Shown: positions 28,982 through 39,636 of the stretch, in pieces | Position numbering within the stretch: the stretch's first letter is position 1 | Layout: the number at the start of each line of letters is the position of its first letter | Program-made: the position numbers and the translations under genes | Notes under the pieces: model-generated | Database searches by the model: none | What the model was told of the DNA's origin: nothing | Seen by the model: the letters and a program-made list of their open reading frames with translations, nothing else | Assembly: GCA_041651015.1 (NCBI GenBank) | Contig: JBAZKA010000003.1 | Coordinates: forward strand, 42,572-106,571 | From: Patescibacteria group bacterium | Lineage (GTDB): Bacteria > Patescibacteriota > Patescibacteriia > Magasanikbacterales > GWA2-37-8 | DNA: 64,000 nt | Direction: 5' to 3'

Positions 28982-29884
28982 ATGTCAACACCCCCTATGA
29001 CTGAAAAAACCACAGAAAACACCGAGGCCAAAAAATGCGGTTTCATTACGCTTATCGGCCGTTCCAATGTGGGCAAATCTACTTTGCTCAATACTTTGGT
29101 TGGCACCAAACTGGCCATCGTCACTCACCGTCCGCAAACCACGCGCAATATTATTCACGGTGTGCTTAACCGTCCCGAAGGGCAAGCGGTTTTTGTGGAC
29201 ACACCCGGTATTTATAAAGAAAAGAAAAATTTCTTGGCCGGCAAATTGACTAAGCGCGCCGAAGAAGCGCTGGATGATATTGATCTGATTATTTATGTGG
29301 TGGACCCGTCCAAAAATATCGGCGCCGAGGAACGCTATATGATGTCCGTGGTGCGCAAAGCCAAAGCCCCGAAAATTTTAGTTATCAACAAATCCGATTT
29401 AATGGAAAAAGAAAAACCATATTTGGATGATTACAAACTTTATGGCCAAGAAGAAGGTTTTGAAGCGGTCTATGAATTATCCGCCTTGGCCGACCGCCAC
29501 GTGGAACCCTTGCGTGAAAAAGTTTTTGAATTTTTACCGGTGGGCGAAGAGGTGTATCCGGACGACCAACTCACCAACACCAGCCCGAATTTTTGGGTGG
29601 CGGAATTAATCCGTGAAAAAATATTTCTAGCTTTGCGCAAAGAAGTCCCCTACACCACGCACGTGGAAGTGACCGAGATGGAAGAAAAACCGGATTTATA
29701 CACCATCAGGGCGACCATCTATACTTACGACAGCCATTACAAAAAAATGATTATCGGCGCCAAGGGCCGGGCCATCAAGGAAATCGGCATTGCCGCACGC
29801 AAAGAATTGGAAACCGCGCTCAATAAAAAAGTTTTTCTGGATTTGGAAGTGGAAACGGACAAACATTGGGAGTTGAGAGCGTAA
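28982..29884 (+). CDS. era: GTPase Era
   Basis: GRSNVGKSTLLN, PQTTR, DTPG, NKSD, ELIREK, EVPY, IIGAKG KH domain. Confidence 0.96.
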   Translation: MSTPPMTEKTTENTEAKKCGFITLIGRSNVGKSTLLNTLVGTKLAIVTHRPQTTRNIIHGVLNRPEGQAVFVDTPGIYKEKKNFLAGKLTKRAEEALDDIDLIIYVVDPSKNIGAEERYMMSVVRKAKAPKILVINKSDLMEKEKPYLDDYKLYGQEEGFEAVYELSALADRHVEPLREKVFEFLPVGEEVYPDDQLTNTSPNFWVAELIREKIFLALRKEVPYTTHVEVTEMEEKPDLYTIRATIYTYDSHYKKMIIGAKGRAIKEIGIAARKELETALNKKVFLDLEVETDKHWELRA

Positions 29885-29895
29885 AAAATATTACA

Positions 29896-29927
29896 AAAAA
29901 ATACCGCCCGGGAAGGACGGTATTTTT
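29896..29927. terminator. Bidirectional terminator
   Basis: AAAAAATACCGCCC-GGGAA-GGACGGTATTTTT. Confidence 0.7.
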
Positions 29928-29933
29928 AATTTT

Positions 29934-31232
29934 TTATTTCTGCGTGGTAGTCGCGTCTTTCACCGGAGGCCAGAGCGAAGCCGACAATAAATCCAATGCT
30001 TTGTCTAACATTTTATCTTCGCCGATTTTTTCATTAGTCCAATCCTCCACTAATTTTATGTCAGGTGCGATGCCGTCTTTGTTTATATTTCGTCCATTCG
30101 GCGTATACCACTCGGCCACGGTTAATTTCAAAGCCGAGCCATCGGTAAATGTTTGGAAATCCTGAACCGAACCTTTGCCAAAAGTTTTTTCACCGATGAT
30201 GGTCGCTAACCCGTGGTCTTGCAAAGCGCCGGACACAATTTCCGAAGCCGAGGCCGAACCTCCGTTTACAAGCACGACGGTTTTAATGCCATTCAAAAGA
30301 TGTTTACCCGAAGTCAAATGTTGATTGTCCACCCCATTGTCGGATTTTTCACTCACAATCACGCCGTTATCCACCCACTCACTCGCCATACTCACGGCCG
30401 CATCCAAAAATCCACCCGGATTATTGCGCAAATCAAGCACGATGCCCTTCGCGCCTTCACTGGTTAATTTATTTGTATATTTATCAAACAGGCTTTCCGT
30501 ATCCTCATTAAATTGTAAAATTCTAATGTAAGCAATTTTATCTCCCTTCCAAGAAAATTCCACCGAGGGCACATTGATTTTTTGCCGGGTAATTTTTACG
30601 TCAAACGCATCGCTCAATCCATCACGACTGATCGTTAAAGTGACGACGCTACCGGCCTCACCGCGAATATAATTCACAGCCGTGTTCACATCCAAACCAT
30701 AAGTGCTAGTCGCATCAATCGCCAAAATTTTATCACCGGCATGCAAGCCCGCTTTCTCGGCCGGAGAATCAGCCAGAGGACAAACAATCATCAATTGCTC
30801 GCCTTTGATGCCTATTTCCGCGCCAATGCCTTCAAATTCACCGGATAAATCCTTGGCAAATTCATCAGCCACGGTCGGCACCATATACATTGAATACGGG
30901 TCGCCGAGCGAATACACCAAACCTTGAATTGCGCCGTAAAATAAATCCGCGTCTTTCACGTCTTTATTTACATATTTTGATTTGACGGTATCCCACACTT
31001 CCCAAAATTGATTGAAATCAACCGAATCGGATTTATTTATGGAACGATTCAGATTCAAAACCTTGCTGATAGAAATTTCGCCATTGGCATCGGTCGTTTG
31101 CTTTTTGACAATCAGCATCTGCCCGGTAAGAAGACCGAGGCCGAAAGCCGCCACAAATAAAATTACGGCGAAATAAACGCCGATGTATTTTTTAAAACGC
31201 GCGCGAGACGGCGCGATATTTGTTTCGGGCAT
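29934..31232 (-). CDS. ctpA: S41A carboxyl-terminal processing protease
   Basis: LGDPYS, FEGIGAEI PDZ, LDLRNNPGG, SASASEIVSGALQD, TFGKGSVQ, WYTPNG. Confidence 0.93.
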   Translation of the reverse strand: MPETNIAPSRARFKKYIGVYFAVILFVAAFGLGLLTGQMLIVKKQTTDANGEISISKVLNLNRSINKSDSVDFNQFWEVWDTVKSKYVNKDVKDADLFYGAIQGLVYSLGDPYSMYMVPTVADEFAKDLSGEFEGIGAEIGIKGEQLMIVCPLADSPAEKAGLHAGDKILAIDATSTYGLDVNTAVNYIRGEAGSVVTLTISRDGLSDAFDVKITRQKINVPSVEFSWKGDKIAYIRILQFNEDTESLFDKYTNKLTSEGAKGIVLDLRNNPGGFLDAAVSMASEWVDNGVIVSEKSDNGVDNQHLTSGKHLLNGIKTVVLVNGGSASASEIVSGALQDHGLATIIGEKTFGKGSVQDFQTFTDGSALKLTVAEWYTPNGRNINKDGIAPDIKLVEDWTNEKIGEDKMLDKALDLLSASLWPPVKDATTTQK

Positions 31233-31236
31233 AATA

Positions 31237-32544
31237 TTATTTGTTGATGATTTTAATATCAGCGCCGGCTTTGTTTAGCACGGCATAAAAATTTTCATAA
31301 CCGCGGTCAATCATATAAGTGTTGCGCAGAATGGATTTACCGCGCGCCGCGAGCATACCAATAAGCATGACGACCGCGCTGCGCAGAATCGGCGGGCAAA
31401 CAGCTTCGTTCGCGGTAAATTCCGTCGGGCCCTCCACCCAAACTCGGTGCGGGTCAAGCAAGGTAATCTTCGCGCCGAGCTTTTGTAATTCCAAATAACT
31501 CACGGCCCGATTTTCATAGGGCCAATCGTGAATCAGCGTCCGGCCTTTGGCCGTCGCGCAAATCGGAACAAATAATGGCAAGTTATCTATATTCAAACCC
31601 GGAAACGGACGGCATTCAATTTTATCCGACAAAGCAATTAATTTTGACGGAATAATTTCAATATCCGCCACTTCAAAATAATTATTTTTTGATCGGCGCG
31701 AATTTTTAATTTTAATTTTTTGTCCCATGTGTTCCAATTTAGTCAACTCCAATTCCAAAAATTCCATGGGGCAATTTTGGACGGTAAGACGCGAGCCGGT
31801 CGCGATACCGGCCGCGATATAAGTCATGGCCGCGATCGGATCAGGCATAATGGAATAATCGGCCACTGATTTTAATTCTTCTGCACCTTCAATTTCCAAA
31901 GTGGTGGAGCCGATGCCGGAAATTTTTGCGCCGGCTTGATTTAAGAAATAACACAAATCCTGCACCATGTAATTGGCCGAAGCCATTTTAATAATAGTTT
32001 TTCCTTTGGCCAGCACCGCGCCCATAATCGCATTCTCGGTGGCAGTGTCGCCGGATTCATACATTACAATTTTCGCGCCATGAAGAACGGGCGAATTTTT
32101 TATAACGTAAAATTTATCTTGCGAAATGACGCTCACACCAAACTTTTCCAAAGCGTACAGATGTGGACGAATGGTTCGCTCGCCGAGTTTGCATCCGCCG
32201 GATTTCGGCAATTTGAACTCACGCACGCGGGATGCCAGGGCGCCAAACAAAAATAAGGACGAGCGGGTTTTCTCCGAAGCCGGCCGGTCAATTTTATTGG
32301 TAATAATTTTACCCGAAGCATCAAGACGATATTTACCATGCCCGATTTTATCAATCTTAATTCCCATGCTCTTCAGGAGTTCAATGATGCGATAAACTTC
32401 TTCAATTTCCGGTACATCAGACAACGTCACAACGCCTTTAATCATGGCCGAAGCGCACAAAATCGCCACCGCCGAATTCTTGGCCGTTTGGTTAATTATC
32501 ACGCCGTGAAGTTTCTTTCCGCCGTTAATTTCCAGATATGACAT
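31237..32544 (-). CDS. murA: UDP-N-acetylglucosamine 1-carboxyvinyltransferase
   Basis: AKNSAVAIL, GGCKLGERTIRPH (Cys115 loop), TATENAIM, PFPG, YENR, IDRGYE. Confidence 0.9.
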   Translation of the reverse strand: MSYLEINGGKKLHGVIINQTAKNSAVAILCASAMIKGVVTLSDVPEIEEVYRIIELLKSMGIKIDKIGHGKYRLDASGKIITNKIDRPASEKTRSSLFLFGALASRVREFKLPKSGGCKLGERTIRPHLYALEKFGVSVISQDKFYVIKNSPVLHGAKIVMYESGDTATENAIMGAVLAKGKTIIKMASANYMVQDLCYFLNQAGAKISGIGSTTLEIEGAEELKSVADYSIMPDPIAAMTYIAAGIATGSRLTVQNCPMEFLELELTKLEHMGQKIKIKNSRRSKNNYFEVADIEIIPSKLIALSDKIECRPFPGLNIDNLPLFVPICATAKGRTLIHDWPYENRAVSYLELQKLGAKITLLDPHRVWVEGPTEFTANEAVCPPILRSAVVMLIGMLAARGKSILRNTYMIDRGYENFYAVLNKAGADIKIINK

Positions 32545-32610
32545 AGTTGACTTTGAGCAAAAATACAAGTAATATGATTATACAATAATTGCGAAGCTAA
32601 ATCAAGCCGC

Positions 32611-33966
32611 ATGGAATACCCAAATTCAAAAATCACCAAACCCATTCGCACGATAATTCTCGTGTTTTTTATCGTTTTATTTTTAGTGCTCGCTCCGGGC
32701 ATCATTCTTTACACCAGCGGATATCGTTATGACTGGCAATACGGCCTGCTCCGCGAAACCGGTTCCATTAATGTGGATATTGCTCCGGATACCGCGTCTA
32801 TTTATATTAACGATGTTAGAATTAAATCCGGCATGCCGGTGCGTTTGAATGATCGGGTACCGGGCAAATATAAAATTCTTATTTCTAATGACGGATATTT
32901 TGACTGGCAAAAAGAAGTATTGGTGAAAAACAAACAAACAGTTTACATCAAGGATATTTCCATGCTCAAAACCGGAGCGCCTCAAGCGATCATCTCGGGT
33001 AAGGATATCGCCTCAATACAAATTTCGCGCGACAAAAAATATTTGGCTTATGCGGAACGCGTCAACACGACTTCAGTAGCGCATTTATACAATTTATCAA
33101 CAGCCCAGGACACAACACTGTTCACACTCTCATCCGCGGACGGCGGAATGAAAATTGAATTCGCGCCCAACAATAATTATTTATCAGTGAGCGATGGGTC
33201 CGCGCCTTATGAATCGGTTTTAATTTTCAATGCCGATGAACCGGCCAAAGAAATAAATCTGACCGAACGCATCAAATATCCGATTGATAAATACCAATGG
33301 AAAGAAACAGTTGGGCCGGAATTATATTTCAGCGCCAACAAACGCCTAATGTCCATCGTCGCCACGACTGAGCAACGCTATGTGCTTGGTAAAAATTCTT
33401 GGATTGACTGGCTGATGCAAAACGGCCAGCTTTGGACTTTGCAAACCGCGTCGGGCACAAAACAAATCAAGCTGGTGCGTGATACTTTGGGATTTAGTTC
33501 GGATTACGCCGATGCTAATAGGTTCACCTCGGCGGAACAAGATTTACAATTGGCGGCTGCTTACGCTGATACCATCTTGCTGAAAAAAAATAACAAATCG
33601 GAAATGATTTTATTGAGCAATGGCAACAAATACACGGTCGCCGGAGAAAAATTTTTACTATCAGAATATAATGACTGGCTCATTATTTGGACGCCGTGGG
33701 AAATTTGGACCTATTCCAAAGGCGAAGAGCCGAACTTGTTAAACCGCTCGGGCGAACAGCTTAATGCCGTTCTGCCCCTGGATAAATACAACACGCTCGC
33801 TCTAGTTTGGAACGATAAAACCACGGCCCTATTTCCATATTATCTGGTGACGCATGATTTTATCAACGCTTCCATTAATTCCACGGCCGCGGATACATTG
33901 AACAGAACTATGTATTTCGCGGGCAAGGTTAACAACTCGGAAGGACTTTGGAAATTGAATTATTAA
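32611..33966 (+). CDS. PEGA-domain membrane-anchored protein
   Basis: N-terminal TM, GYRYD, TGSINV..P, PGKYKILISNDGYFDWQKEV; beta-propeller-like remainder. Confidence 0.75.
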   Translation: MEYPNSKITKPIRTIILVFFIVLFLVLAPGIILYTSGYRYDWQYGLLRETGSINVDIAPDTASIYINDVRIKSGMPVRLNDRVPGKYKILISNDGYFDWQKEVLVKNKQTVYIKDISMLKTGAPQAIISGKDIASIQISRDKKYLAYAERVNTTSVAHLYNLSTAQDTTLFTLSSADGGMKIEFAPNNNYLSVSDGSAPYESVLIFNADEPAKEINLTERIKYPIDKYQWKETVGPELYFSANKRLMSIVATTEQRYVLGKNSWIDWLMQNGQLWTLQTASGTKQIKLVRDTLGFSSDYADANRFTSAEQDLQLAAAYADTILLKKNNKSEMILLSNGNKYTVAGEKFLLSEYNDWLIIWTPWEIWTYSKGEEPNLLNRSGEQLNAVLPLDKYNTLALVWNDKTTALFPYYLVTHDFINASINSTAADTLNRTMYFAGKVNNSEGLWKLNY

Positions 33967-33969
33967 AAT

Positions 33970-34374
33970 ATGAGACTAACCATTTTTACCGACGGCGGAG
34001 CAAGGGGTAACCCGGGACCGTCTGCGACCGGCATCGTCATTAAAAATGATTCCGGAAAAACCATTGATTCATTTGGCGAATACTTAGGCGAGCAAACAAA
34101 TAATTTTGCCGAATACTCGGCGCTTATCGCCGGAATGAAAAAAGCCAAAGCACTGGGCGCGGATGAATTGGAATGTGTTTTGGATTCGGAGCTGGTGGTC
34201 AAACAAATGCAACGCGAATACAAAGTAAAGGAACCGACCTTGCAAAAAAAATTTATTGAGGCCTACAATGCTTCCATGCAATTCAAAAAAATCACTTTCA
34301 GACACACGGCGCGAGAAAATAACAAAGAAGCGGACGCGATTGTGAATCGGATTTTGGATGAAAGAATGAAATAA
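33970..34374 (+). CDS. rnhA: Ribonuclease HI (archaeal/actinobacterial-like short type)
   Basis: FTDGGARGNPG, TNNFAEYSAL, DSELVVKQ, RENNKEAD. Confidence 0.92.
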   Translation: MRLTIFTDGGARGNPGPSATGIVIKNDSGKTIDSFGEYLGEQTNNFAEYSALIAGMKKAKALGADELECVLDSELVVKQMQREYKVKEPTLQKKFIEAYNASMQFKKITFRHTARENNKEADAIVNRILDERMK

Positions 34375-34407
34375 AAACAGCCCACAACCCCTATTGGGAT
34401 CGTGGGC
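34374..34407. terminator. Intrinsic terminator
   Basis: GCCCACAACCC-CTATT-GGGATCGTGGGC; followed by TGTTTT on the minus strand. Confidence 0.65.
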
Positions 34408-34433
34408 CTCGACGTGAGGAGCGACTCGTTGCT

Positions 34434-34523
34434 CTACACGTCGGCCATGACGTTCTTCGACGGCGATTGTTGGCTCGGCTGACGGCTGTTGGACACAAAC
34501 GAGGAACCTTTGTTGCGAACCAT
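34434..34523 (-). CDS. 29-aa peptide MVRNKGSSFVSNSRQPSQQSPSKNVMADV (tentative)
   Basis: AAGGAGGT SD 5 nt before ATG; promoter TTGACT-17-TATCAT at 34649-34621. Confidence 0.45.
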   Translation of the reverse strand: MVRNKGSSFVSNSRQPSQQSPSKNVMADV

Positions 34524-34664
34524 GAACCACCTCCTTTGAACGCTCTCTGAGCGCCCTTGCAAAAATCCATGCCGGCTCGACATGCCGCGCACAGATTGAA
34601 AAAACAATGAACTGATTAAGATGATATCAATTTTTTATCCACAAGTCAAATTAAAAAACGAGCC

Positions 34665-35768
34665 TTACAGCTCATTTTTTAATTCTTCCAAAAGTTGTTT
34701 GGCTTTTTTACTTAATTTTTTCGGCACTAGTATTTTTATTTTAACATAATGGTCTCCCCTGCCCGAACGGCCCAATTGGGTAATACCGTGACCCCGAAGG
34801 CGGATAAGCTGGCCTGATTCCGTGCCCTCGGGCACGACCACGGTCAATTCACCATCCAAGGTCGGCACTTGAATTTTATCACCAAGCGCGGCTTGAGAAA
34901 AATTTATTTCCGATTCAGTGTAAACATCGAAATTTTCCCGATGAAAAACTTTTTGCGGTTTAACATGCGCTCGCACATATAAATCCCCGGACATACCGCC
35001 GTGAGGCGCGGCCTCGCCGTGGCCGGTCAAACGAATCGCTTGGGCGTCATCAATGCCAGCCGGAATCTTGACGTTCAAATCCACAGACTTGGATAAAATT
35101 CCGTCTCCGCCACAATGTTTACATTTGGCCGATGGTTTTTCGCCCCGCCCATGGCAATCCGGACAAGTAGCCACAGTTTGCATCACGCCAAGAAATGTTC
35201 GTTGTTGTTGAACCACTTGACCCTTGCCGTGACAAGTACTGCAGGTATCCATCTTACTGCCCGGTTCGCTACCCGAACCATGACAGACATCACATTTACT
35301 TTGTTTACGCAATGAAATATCTTTTTGTACGCCAAACGCCGCTTCGACAAAAGTAATTTCCACATCAACCTGAATATCAGACCCTCTTCGCCCGCCTCGG
35401 CCCGAGGCCGATCCGCCTCCACCAAAACCAAACACATCGCCAAATATGTCGCCGAAATCGAATCCGCCAAAATTGACATTGCCAAATCCCCCGCCTTGGC
35501 CGCTTCTGGCCGCGCGCATAAATTCTTCCCAGCTCGCTCCGCCAAATCCGCCTTGCTGATCAAAATCAGCGCCAAACTGATCGTACTTGGCGCGTTTCTC
35601 CGCATCGCCGACGACCTGAAAAGCCTCGTTTATTTCCTTAAACTTTTTTTCATCACCACCTGGTCTGTCCGGGTGATGTTGCATGGCCAATTTCTTGAAG
35701 GCCTTTTTTATTTCGTCTTGCGTGGCGGATTTATCCACGCCGAGCATTTTGTAGTAGTCTTTGGACAT
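34665..35768 (-). CDS. dnaJ: Chaperone DnaJ
   Basis: J domain HPD, G/F-rich region, four CxxCxGxG repeats. Confidence 0.98.
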   Translation of the reverse strand: MSKDYYKMLGVDKSATQDEIKKAFKKLAMQHHPDRPGGDEKKFKEINEAFQVVGDAEKRAKYDQFGADFDQQGGFGGASWEEFMRAARSGQGGGFGNVNFGGFDFGDIFGDVFGFGGGGSASGRGGRRGSDIQVDVEITFVEAAFGVQKDISLRKQSKCDVCHGSGSEPGSKMDTCSTCHGKGQVVQQQRTFLGVMQTVATCPDCHGRGEKPSAKCKHCGGDGILSKSVDLNVKIPAGIDDAQAIRLTGHGEAAPHGGMSGDLYVRAHVKPQKVFHRENFDVYTESEINFSQAALGDKIQVPTLDGELTVVVPEGTESGQLIRLRGHGITQLGRSGRGDHYVKIKILVPKKLSKKAKQLLEELKNEL

Positions 35769-35774
35769 GAAAAA

Positions 35775-37727
35775 TTATTTTACTACTTCGCCCTCTATCG
35801 GACCTTCATCAGTCTTTGGCGGCTCCTGTTGAGTATTTTGTTGGCCTGCCTGCCCGCCCGCCGAGGTGGGTCCGCCTTTGGCGGATTCGGCCTGGTACAT
35901 TTTTGTGCCGACCACTTGCGCGGCTTTAGACAATTCCTCGCCGGCTTTCTTGATCGCTTCCACATCATCTTTATCTTTTACTTCTTTCACTTTGGCGAGC
36001 GCGTCATTCACCGCCTTTTTCTCGTCATCGGTGATTAGTGGGGCTTTTCCGCCCGAGGCGGATCCGCCTTGGGCGGATTTCTCTTCCACGTCTTTCATCA
36101 TTTTTTCCGTGGTGTAAATCATGGTGTCAGCCAAATTGCGCGCCTCAATCAATTCTTGCTTTTTCTTGTCTTCGTCCGCGTGCGCTTCAGCTTCCTTTTT
36201 CATCTTTTCCACTTCATCTTTGGACAAACCGGACGAAGCGGTAATTTTAATTGATTGTTCTTTGCCTGTGGCTTTGTCTTTGGCTTTGACACTCAAAATT
36301 CCGTTCGCGTCAATGTCAAACGACACTTCAATTTGCGGAATACCGCGCGGAGCCGGCGGAATTCCGTCCAACATAAATCGTCCGAGAGTTTTGTTGTCAG
36401 ACGCCATCGGACGTTCGCCTTGGAGCACATGAATCTCCACACCCGGCTGGTTATCGGCCGCGGTGGAAAATACTTGCGTTTTTGATGTTGGAATCGTGGT
36501 GTTGCGTTCAATCAAACGCGTCATCACTTGCCCCATAGTTTCAAGACCGAGCGAAAGTGGCGTCACGTCCAAAAGTAAAATATCTTTAACTTCACCTTTG
36601 AGCACACCGCCTTGCACGCCCGCGCCAATCGCCACTACTTCATCCGGATTCACGGTGATGTTCGGCTTCTTGCCGAAAAACTTTTCCACGGTGGAAAGTA
36701 CGAGTGGCATGCGGGTCATACCACCGACCAACACCACTTCATTTATATCTTTTACATCAAGTTTAGCATCAGTCAAAGCATTGCGCACCGGGCCCAAAGT
36801 TTTTTCTACCAGATCACCAACCAATTCTTCCAGTTTCGCGCGGGTCAATTTCATGACCAAATGTTTCGGTCCGGTCGCGTCAGACGTGATAAACGGCTGA
36901 TTGATCTCGGATTCCATGGCTGTGGATAACTCAATCTTGGCTTTTTCCGCCGCTTCTTTGATGCGTTGCAGAGCCAAATTGTCTTTGCCCAAATCAACAC
37001 CGTTCTCGCGCTTGAATTCATCAATAATCCAATTAATCAAAACCTGGTCAAAATCATCACCGCCCAAATGCGTATCACCGTTGGTGGACAGCACCTGCAC
37101 GTTATCCGGCGCGACTTCCAAAATGGAAATGTCAAAAGTTCCACCGCCCAAATCATAGACCGCGATTTTTTGTTCAGTCTTTTTGTCAAAACCATAAGCC
37201 AAAGCGGCCGCAGTTGGTTCGTTCACAATGCGGAGCACATTGAGGCCGGCAATCACGCCCGCGTCCTTAGTCGCCTGGCGTTGCGAATCATCAAAATACG
37301 CCGGCACGGTAATGACCGCGTCAGTAATTTTCTCGCCGATTCGTTCTTCGGCATCGGCTTTCATTTTTTGCAAAATCATAGCCGAAATTTCTTGCGGAGA
37401 ATATTCGCTTCCTTGCATCGCCACTTTCACGCCCTCGCCCGCTTGCACAATTTTGTACGGCATCAATTTCAAATCACGTTGGACTTCGGCGTCGTTAAAA
37501 TGACGGCCGATGAGGCGTTTGATGGAATACAAAGTGTTTTCCGGATTAGTGACAGCTTGGCGTTTAGCCAGTTGGCCGACCAGGCGTTCACCTGATTTTG
37601 AAATTGCCACGATTGACGGCGTCGTACGCGCCCCCTCTTTGTTTTCCAACACCTTTGGCTGACCGCCTTCAATGATGGCCATGCAGGAGTTGGTTGTACC
37701 CAGATCTATTCCTAATACTTTAGACAT
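35775..37727 (-). CDS. dnaK: Chaperone DnaK
   Basis: [52 protein letters not shown]. Confidence 0.99.
   Translation of the reverse strand: MSKVLGIDLGTTNSCMAIIEGGQPKVLENKEGARTTPSIVAISKSGERLVGQLAKRQAVTNPENTLYSIKRLIGRHFNDAEVQRDLKLMPYKIVQAGEGVKVAMQGSEYSPQEISAMILQKMKADAEERIGEKITDAVITVPAYFDDSQRQATKDAGVIAGLNVLRIVNEPTAAALAYGFDKKTEQKIAVYDLGGGTFDISILEVAPDNVQVLSTNGDTHLGGDDFDQVLINWIIDEFKRENGVDLGKDNLALQRIKEAAEKAKIELSTAMESEINQPFITSDATGPKHLVMKLTRAKLEELVGDLVEKTLGPVRNALTDAKLDVKDINEVVLVGGMTRMPLVLSTVEKFFGKKPNITVNPDEVVAIGAGVQGGVLKGEVKDILLLDVTPLSLGLETMGQVMTRLIERNTTIPTSKTQVFSTAADNQPGVEIHVLQGERPMASDNKTLGRFMLDGIPPAPRGIPQIEVSFDIDANGILSVKAKDKATGKEQSIKITASSGLSKDEVEKMKKEAEAHADEDKKKQELIEARNLADTMIYTTEKMMKDVEEKSAQGGSASGGKAPLITDDEKKAVNDALAKVKEVKDKDDVEAIKKAGEELSKAAQVVGTKMYQAESAKGGPTSAGGQAGQQNTQQEPPKTDEGPIEGEVVK
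36048..36077. repeat. 30-bp double-hairpin palindrome in frame in dnaK
   Basis: TCCGCCCGAGGCGGA-TCCGCCTTGGGCGGA encodes [10 protein letters not shown]; copies at 35857-35885 and 54172-54201. Confidence 0.85.
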
Positions 37728-37759
37728 ATATAATGTGTTAAATTATTATTTATTTTAAA

Positions 37760-38827
37760 TTAGTTACCCATCGCCTTCCTCAATTCCGGATCTAAATCGT
37801 CTTCCGCATACTGCTTTGCAATTTTGTCAATAACAATGAATGGCTGCGGACCTTCACAATAAGTGGAAATTTCTGACAACGATACTTCCGCCATTTTTGT
37901 GGGGGATGTTTTTCTTAATTTATTCAATAAATCTTCGCTTACATTATCTTCAGTTAAATATGTAAGTAAACCGTTATTGGCAAGCGCGGCTGCATCACCA
38001 GAGGCAAATAGGCGTTGAAAGATTATGGGTAAGTTATCTGTATCAAAATTATAAATATGAAATACATATGGGGCACAATAGGGGTTGTAAGGATTGTTGT
38101 CGGCGTCGCATTTTTCTTCTTCAAACCAGCCACGCACGGTGGTACTGCCGCTATATATTGGCCCAAAACAATCATCCATTGGGTTACCATGAGTCATTTC
38201 CCAATATTTGTTATCGCCGTTCGTGTTCTTGTCGCTATCTATTACGGGAAACTGCCTAATAGAAACGTAAAGACTGTCCCTGCCAGACATGGCCGATTGG
38301 ATATTTAAATTTATCGGATTATCCACGGTAGCCTTTTTTAGCCCCGATAACACGCTCTCTTGAGATATGAACAATGGATCCCAGCGCAATACAACTTTGC
38401 TAACATTTCCGCCATAAACTTTTATCGGCAATTTATCCAAATCAGACTGATCAATGCCTAAGACGTACGCATTGTCGTAACCGTCCCCCAATTCATTAAC
38501 CCATATTACTTTGATTGACGCATTACCAATATATGAAGAATCTCCGATTTTTTTCCATGTTCCGACAGATTGAAAGGCAGTGCTCGCATCATTTTGTTCA
38601 GGCTCTAATATGCCAGCGTCACTATTGCGAGCATCATACATATTGCTCTGATTCTCTTCAATATTTTCGTCAGCAACGTTGGATGAAGACCGATTAATGT
38701 CCTGTGATTTATTTTTGGCCAACAAAAACCCGAAATAAATCACAACTACTATCACCCCAACAAAAACTACCGCCGCGATAATATGCACGGTCAATAATTT
38801 TTTGTTGTTTTTTAGGATTTCGAACAT
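37760..38827 (-). CDS. Membrane-anchored hypothetical protein with a tandemly duplicated domain
   Basis: N-terminal TM; two similar ~110-aa units. Confidence 0.7.
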   Translation of the reverse strand: MFEILKNNKKLLTVHIIAAVVFVGVIVVVIYFGFLLAKNKSQDINRSSSNVADENIEENQSNMYDARNSDAGILEPEQNDASTAFQSVGTWKKIGDSSYIGNASIKVIWVNELGDGYDNAYVLGIDQSDLDKLPIKVYGGNVSKVVLRWDPLFISQESVLSGLKKATVDNPINLNIQSAMSGRDSLYVSIRQFPVIDSDKNTNGDNKYWEMTHGNPMDDCFGPIYSGSTTVRGWFEEEKCDADNNPYNPYCAPYVFHIYNFDTDNLPIIFQRLFASGDAAALANNGLLTYLTEDNVSEDLLNKLRKTSPTKMAEVSLSEISTYCEGPQPFIVIDKIAKQYAEDDLDPELRKAMGN

Positions 38828-38831
38828 ATTT

Positions 38832-39044
38832 TCATTTTTTTAACTCCCACGGAGTATTGCAAACAATTTTGTATAAAATTTTCATTTTTTCTACCGACAA
38901 TTCAACCAACTTTTCCATTTCTTTTCTCGCCTGTGCGCTTTTTACCGAATGGCCGATTTGCGAATATTTTTCTTGCAAACGGCCTTCCGCGGCCAAAGCT
39001 TCACAGACATCATGCAACTTCGGTTTATTTTCGTTTTTGGACAT
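38832..39044 (-). CDS. Small helical hypothetical protein
   Basis: 70-aa ORF, tightly packed in the operon. Confidence 0.6.
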   Translation of the reverse strand: MSKNENKPKLHDVCEALAAEGRLQEKYSQIGHSVKSAQARKEMEKLVELSVEKMKILYKIVCNTPWELKK

Positions 39045-39061
39045 ATGACTAAAATAAATTA

Positions 39062-39532
39062 TTAAATTTTTTTCTTCATTAACATTCTAAAATCTTCAAA
39101 GCCCCACTTTTTATAAATATCGCGGGCAAAATTTGTATGCATGACATTCAAAGAAACATACTTGACGCGGCGCTGTTTGAAATATTTCATTGAACACAAA
39201 AAGAGCGCTTTGGCAATCCCGTTCTTCCGATACTTTTTTTCAACATACAAACTGCGGATAAATCCTTGGCGTGGCATAACTTTCACTCCGTCCTGTTTGC
39301 CGTCATCAATACGAAACTGGACATATCCGGCCAGCACGCCATCCAAAAGGGCGAGATAAAACAAATCCTTTTTATTATTCATCAATTTCTTTAACGCTTT
39401 TTCATCTCTCAACTTTAGAAAATCATAAAAATACTTTTTAACAAAAACTTTTTGACTACTACTAAAATCATTCTCAAAACCGGCGAGTGTCTTCGCGTCT
39501 TTTTTTGTGGCTTTTATGATTTTTACGATCAT
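39062..39532 (-). CDS. GNAT family acetyltransferase
   Basis: LYVEKKYRKNGIAKAL (motif A), N..ARDIYKKWGF. Confidence 0.88.
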   Translation of the reverse strand: MIVKIIKATKKDAKTLAGFENDFSSSQKVFVKKYFYDFLKLRDEKALKKLMNNKKDLFYLALLDGVLAGYVQFRIDDGKQDGVKVMPRQGFIRSLYVEKKYRKNGIAKALFLCSMKYFKQRRVKYVSLNVMHTNFARDIYKKWGFEDFRMLMKKKI

Positions 39533-39543
39533 ATTATTATCTC

Positions 39544-39572
39544 TTGACAAAACCGACAATCTGTATTATAAT
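39544..39572 (+). promoter_or_regulatory. Perfect consensus sigma70 promoter, antisense to the operon
   Basis: TTGACA(39544-49)-17 bp-TATAAT(39567-72). Confidence 0.85.
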
Positions 39573-39578
39573 TCAATT

Positions 39579-39634
39579 AATCACGATGAGAGGACTACCA
39601 AAGGGTTTCGTCCCGAGGGAATGCCTCTTTTTTG
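39579..39634 (+). ncRNA. Putative ~55-nt structured small RNA convergent on the NYN gene
   Basis: Follows the consensus promoter; AGAGG...CCTCT outer stem, GGG-TTTCGT-CCC inner hairpin, T-tract; no SD or credible ORF. Confidence 0.55.
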
Positions 39635-39636
39635 TT

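Noticed and set aside
34084-34530. 148-aa minus-strand ORF
   Set aside because: Runs through a terminator and antisense across rnhA; its GTG overlaps the SD, which fits the ATG at 34523 better
35325-37595. Long plus-strand ORFs opposite dnaK/dnaJ (237 aa, 209 aa etc.)
   Set aside because: Antisense shadows of highly conserved genes with no recognisable motifs
39595-39625. Hammerhead ribozyme suggested by GGACGAAAC on the minus strand
   Set aside because: No CUGAnGA core at the proper position and stems I/III cannot be formed
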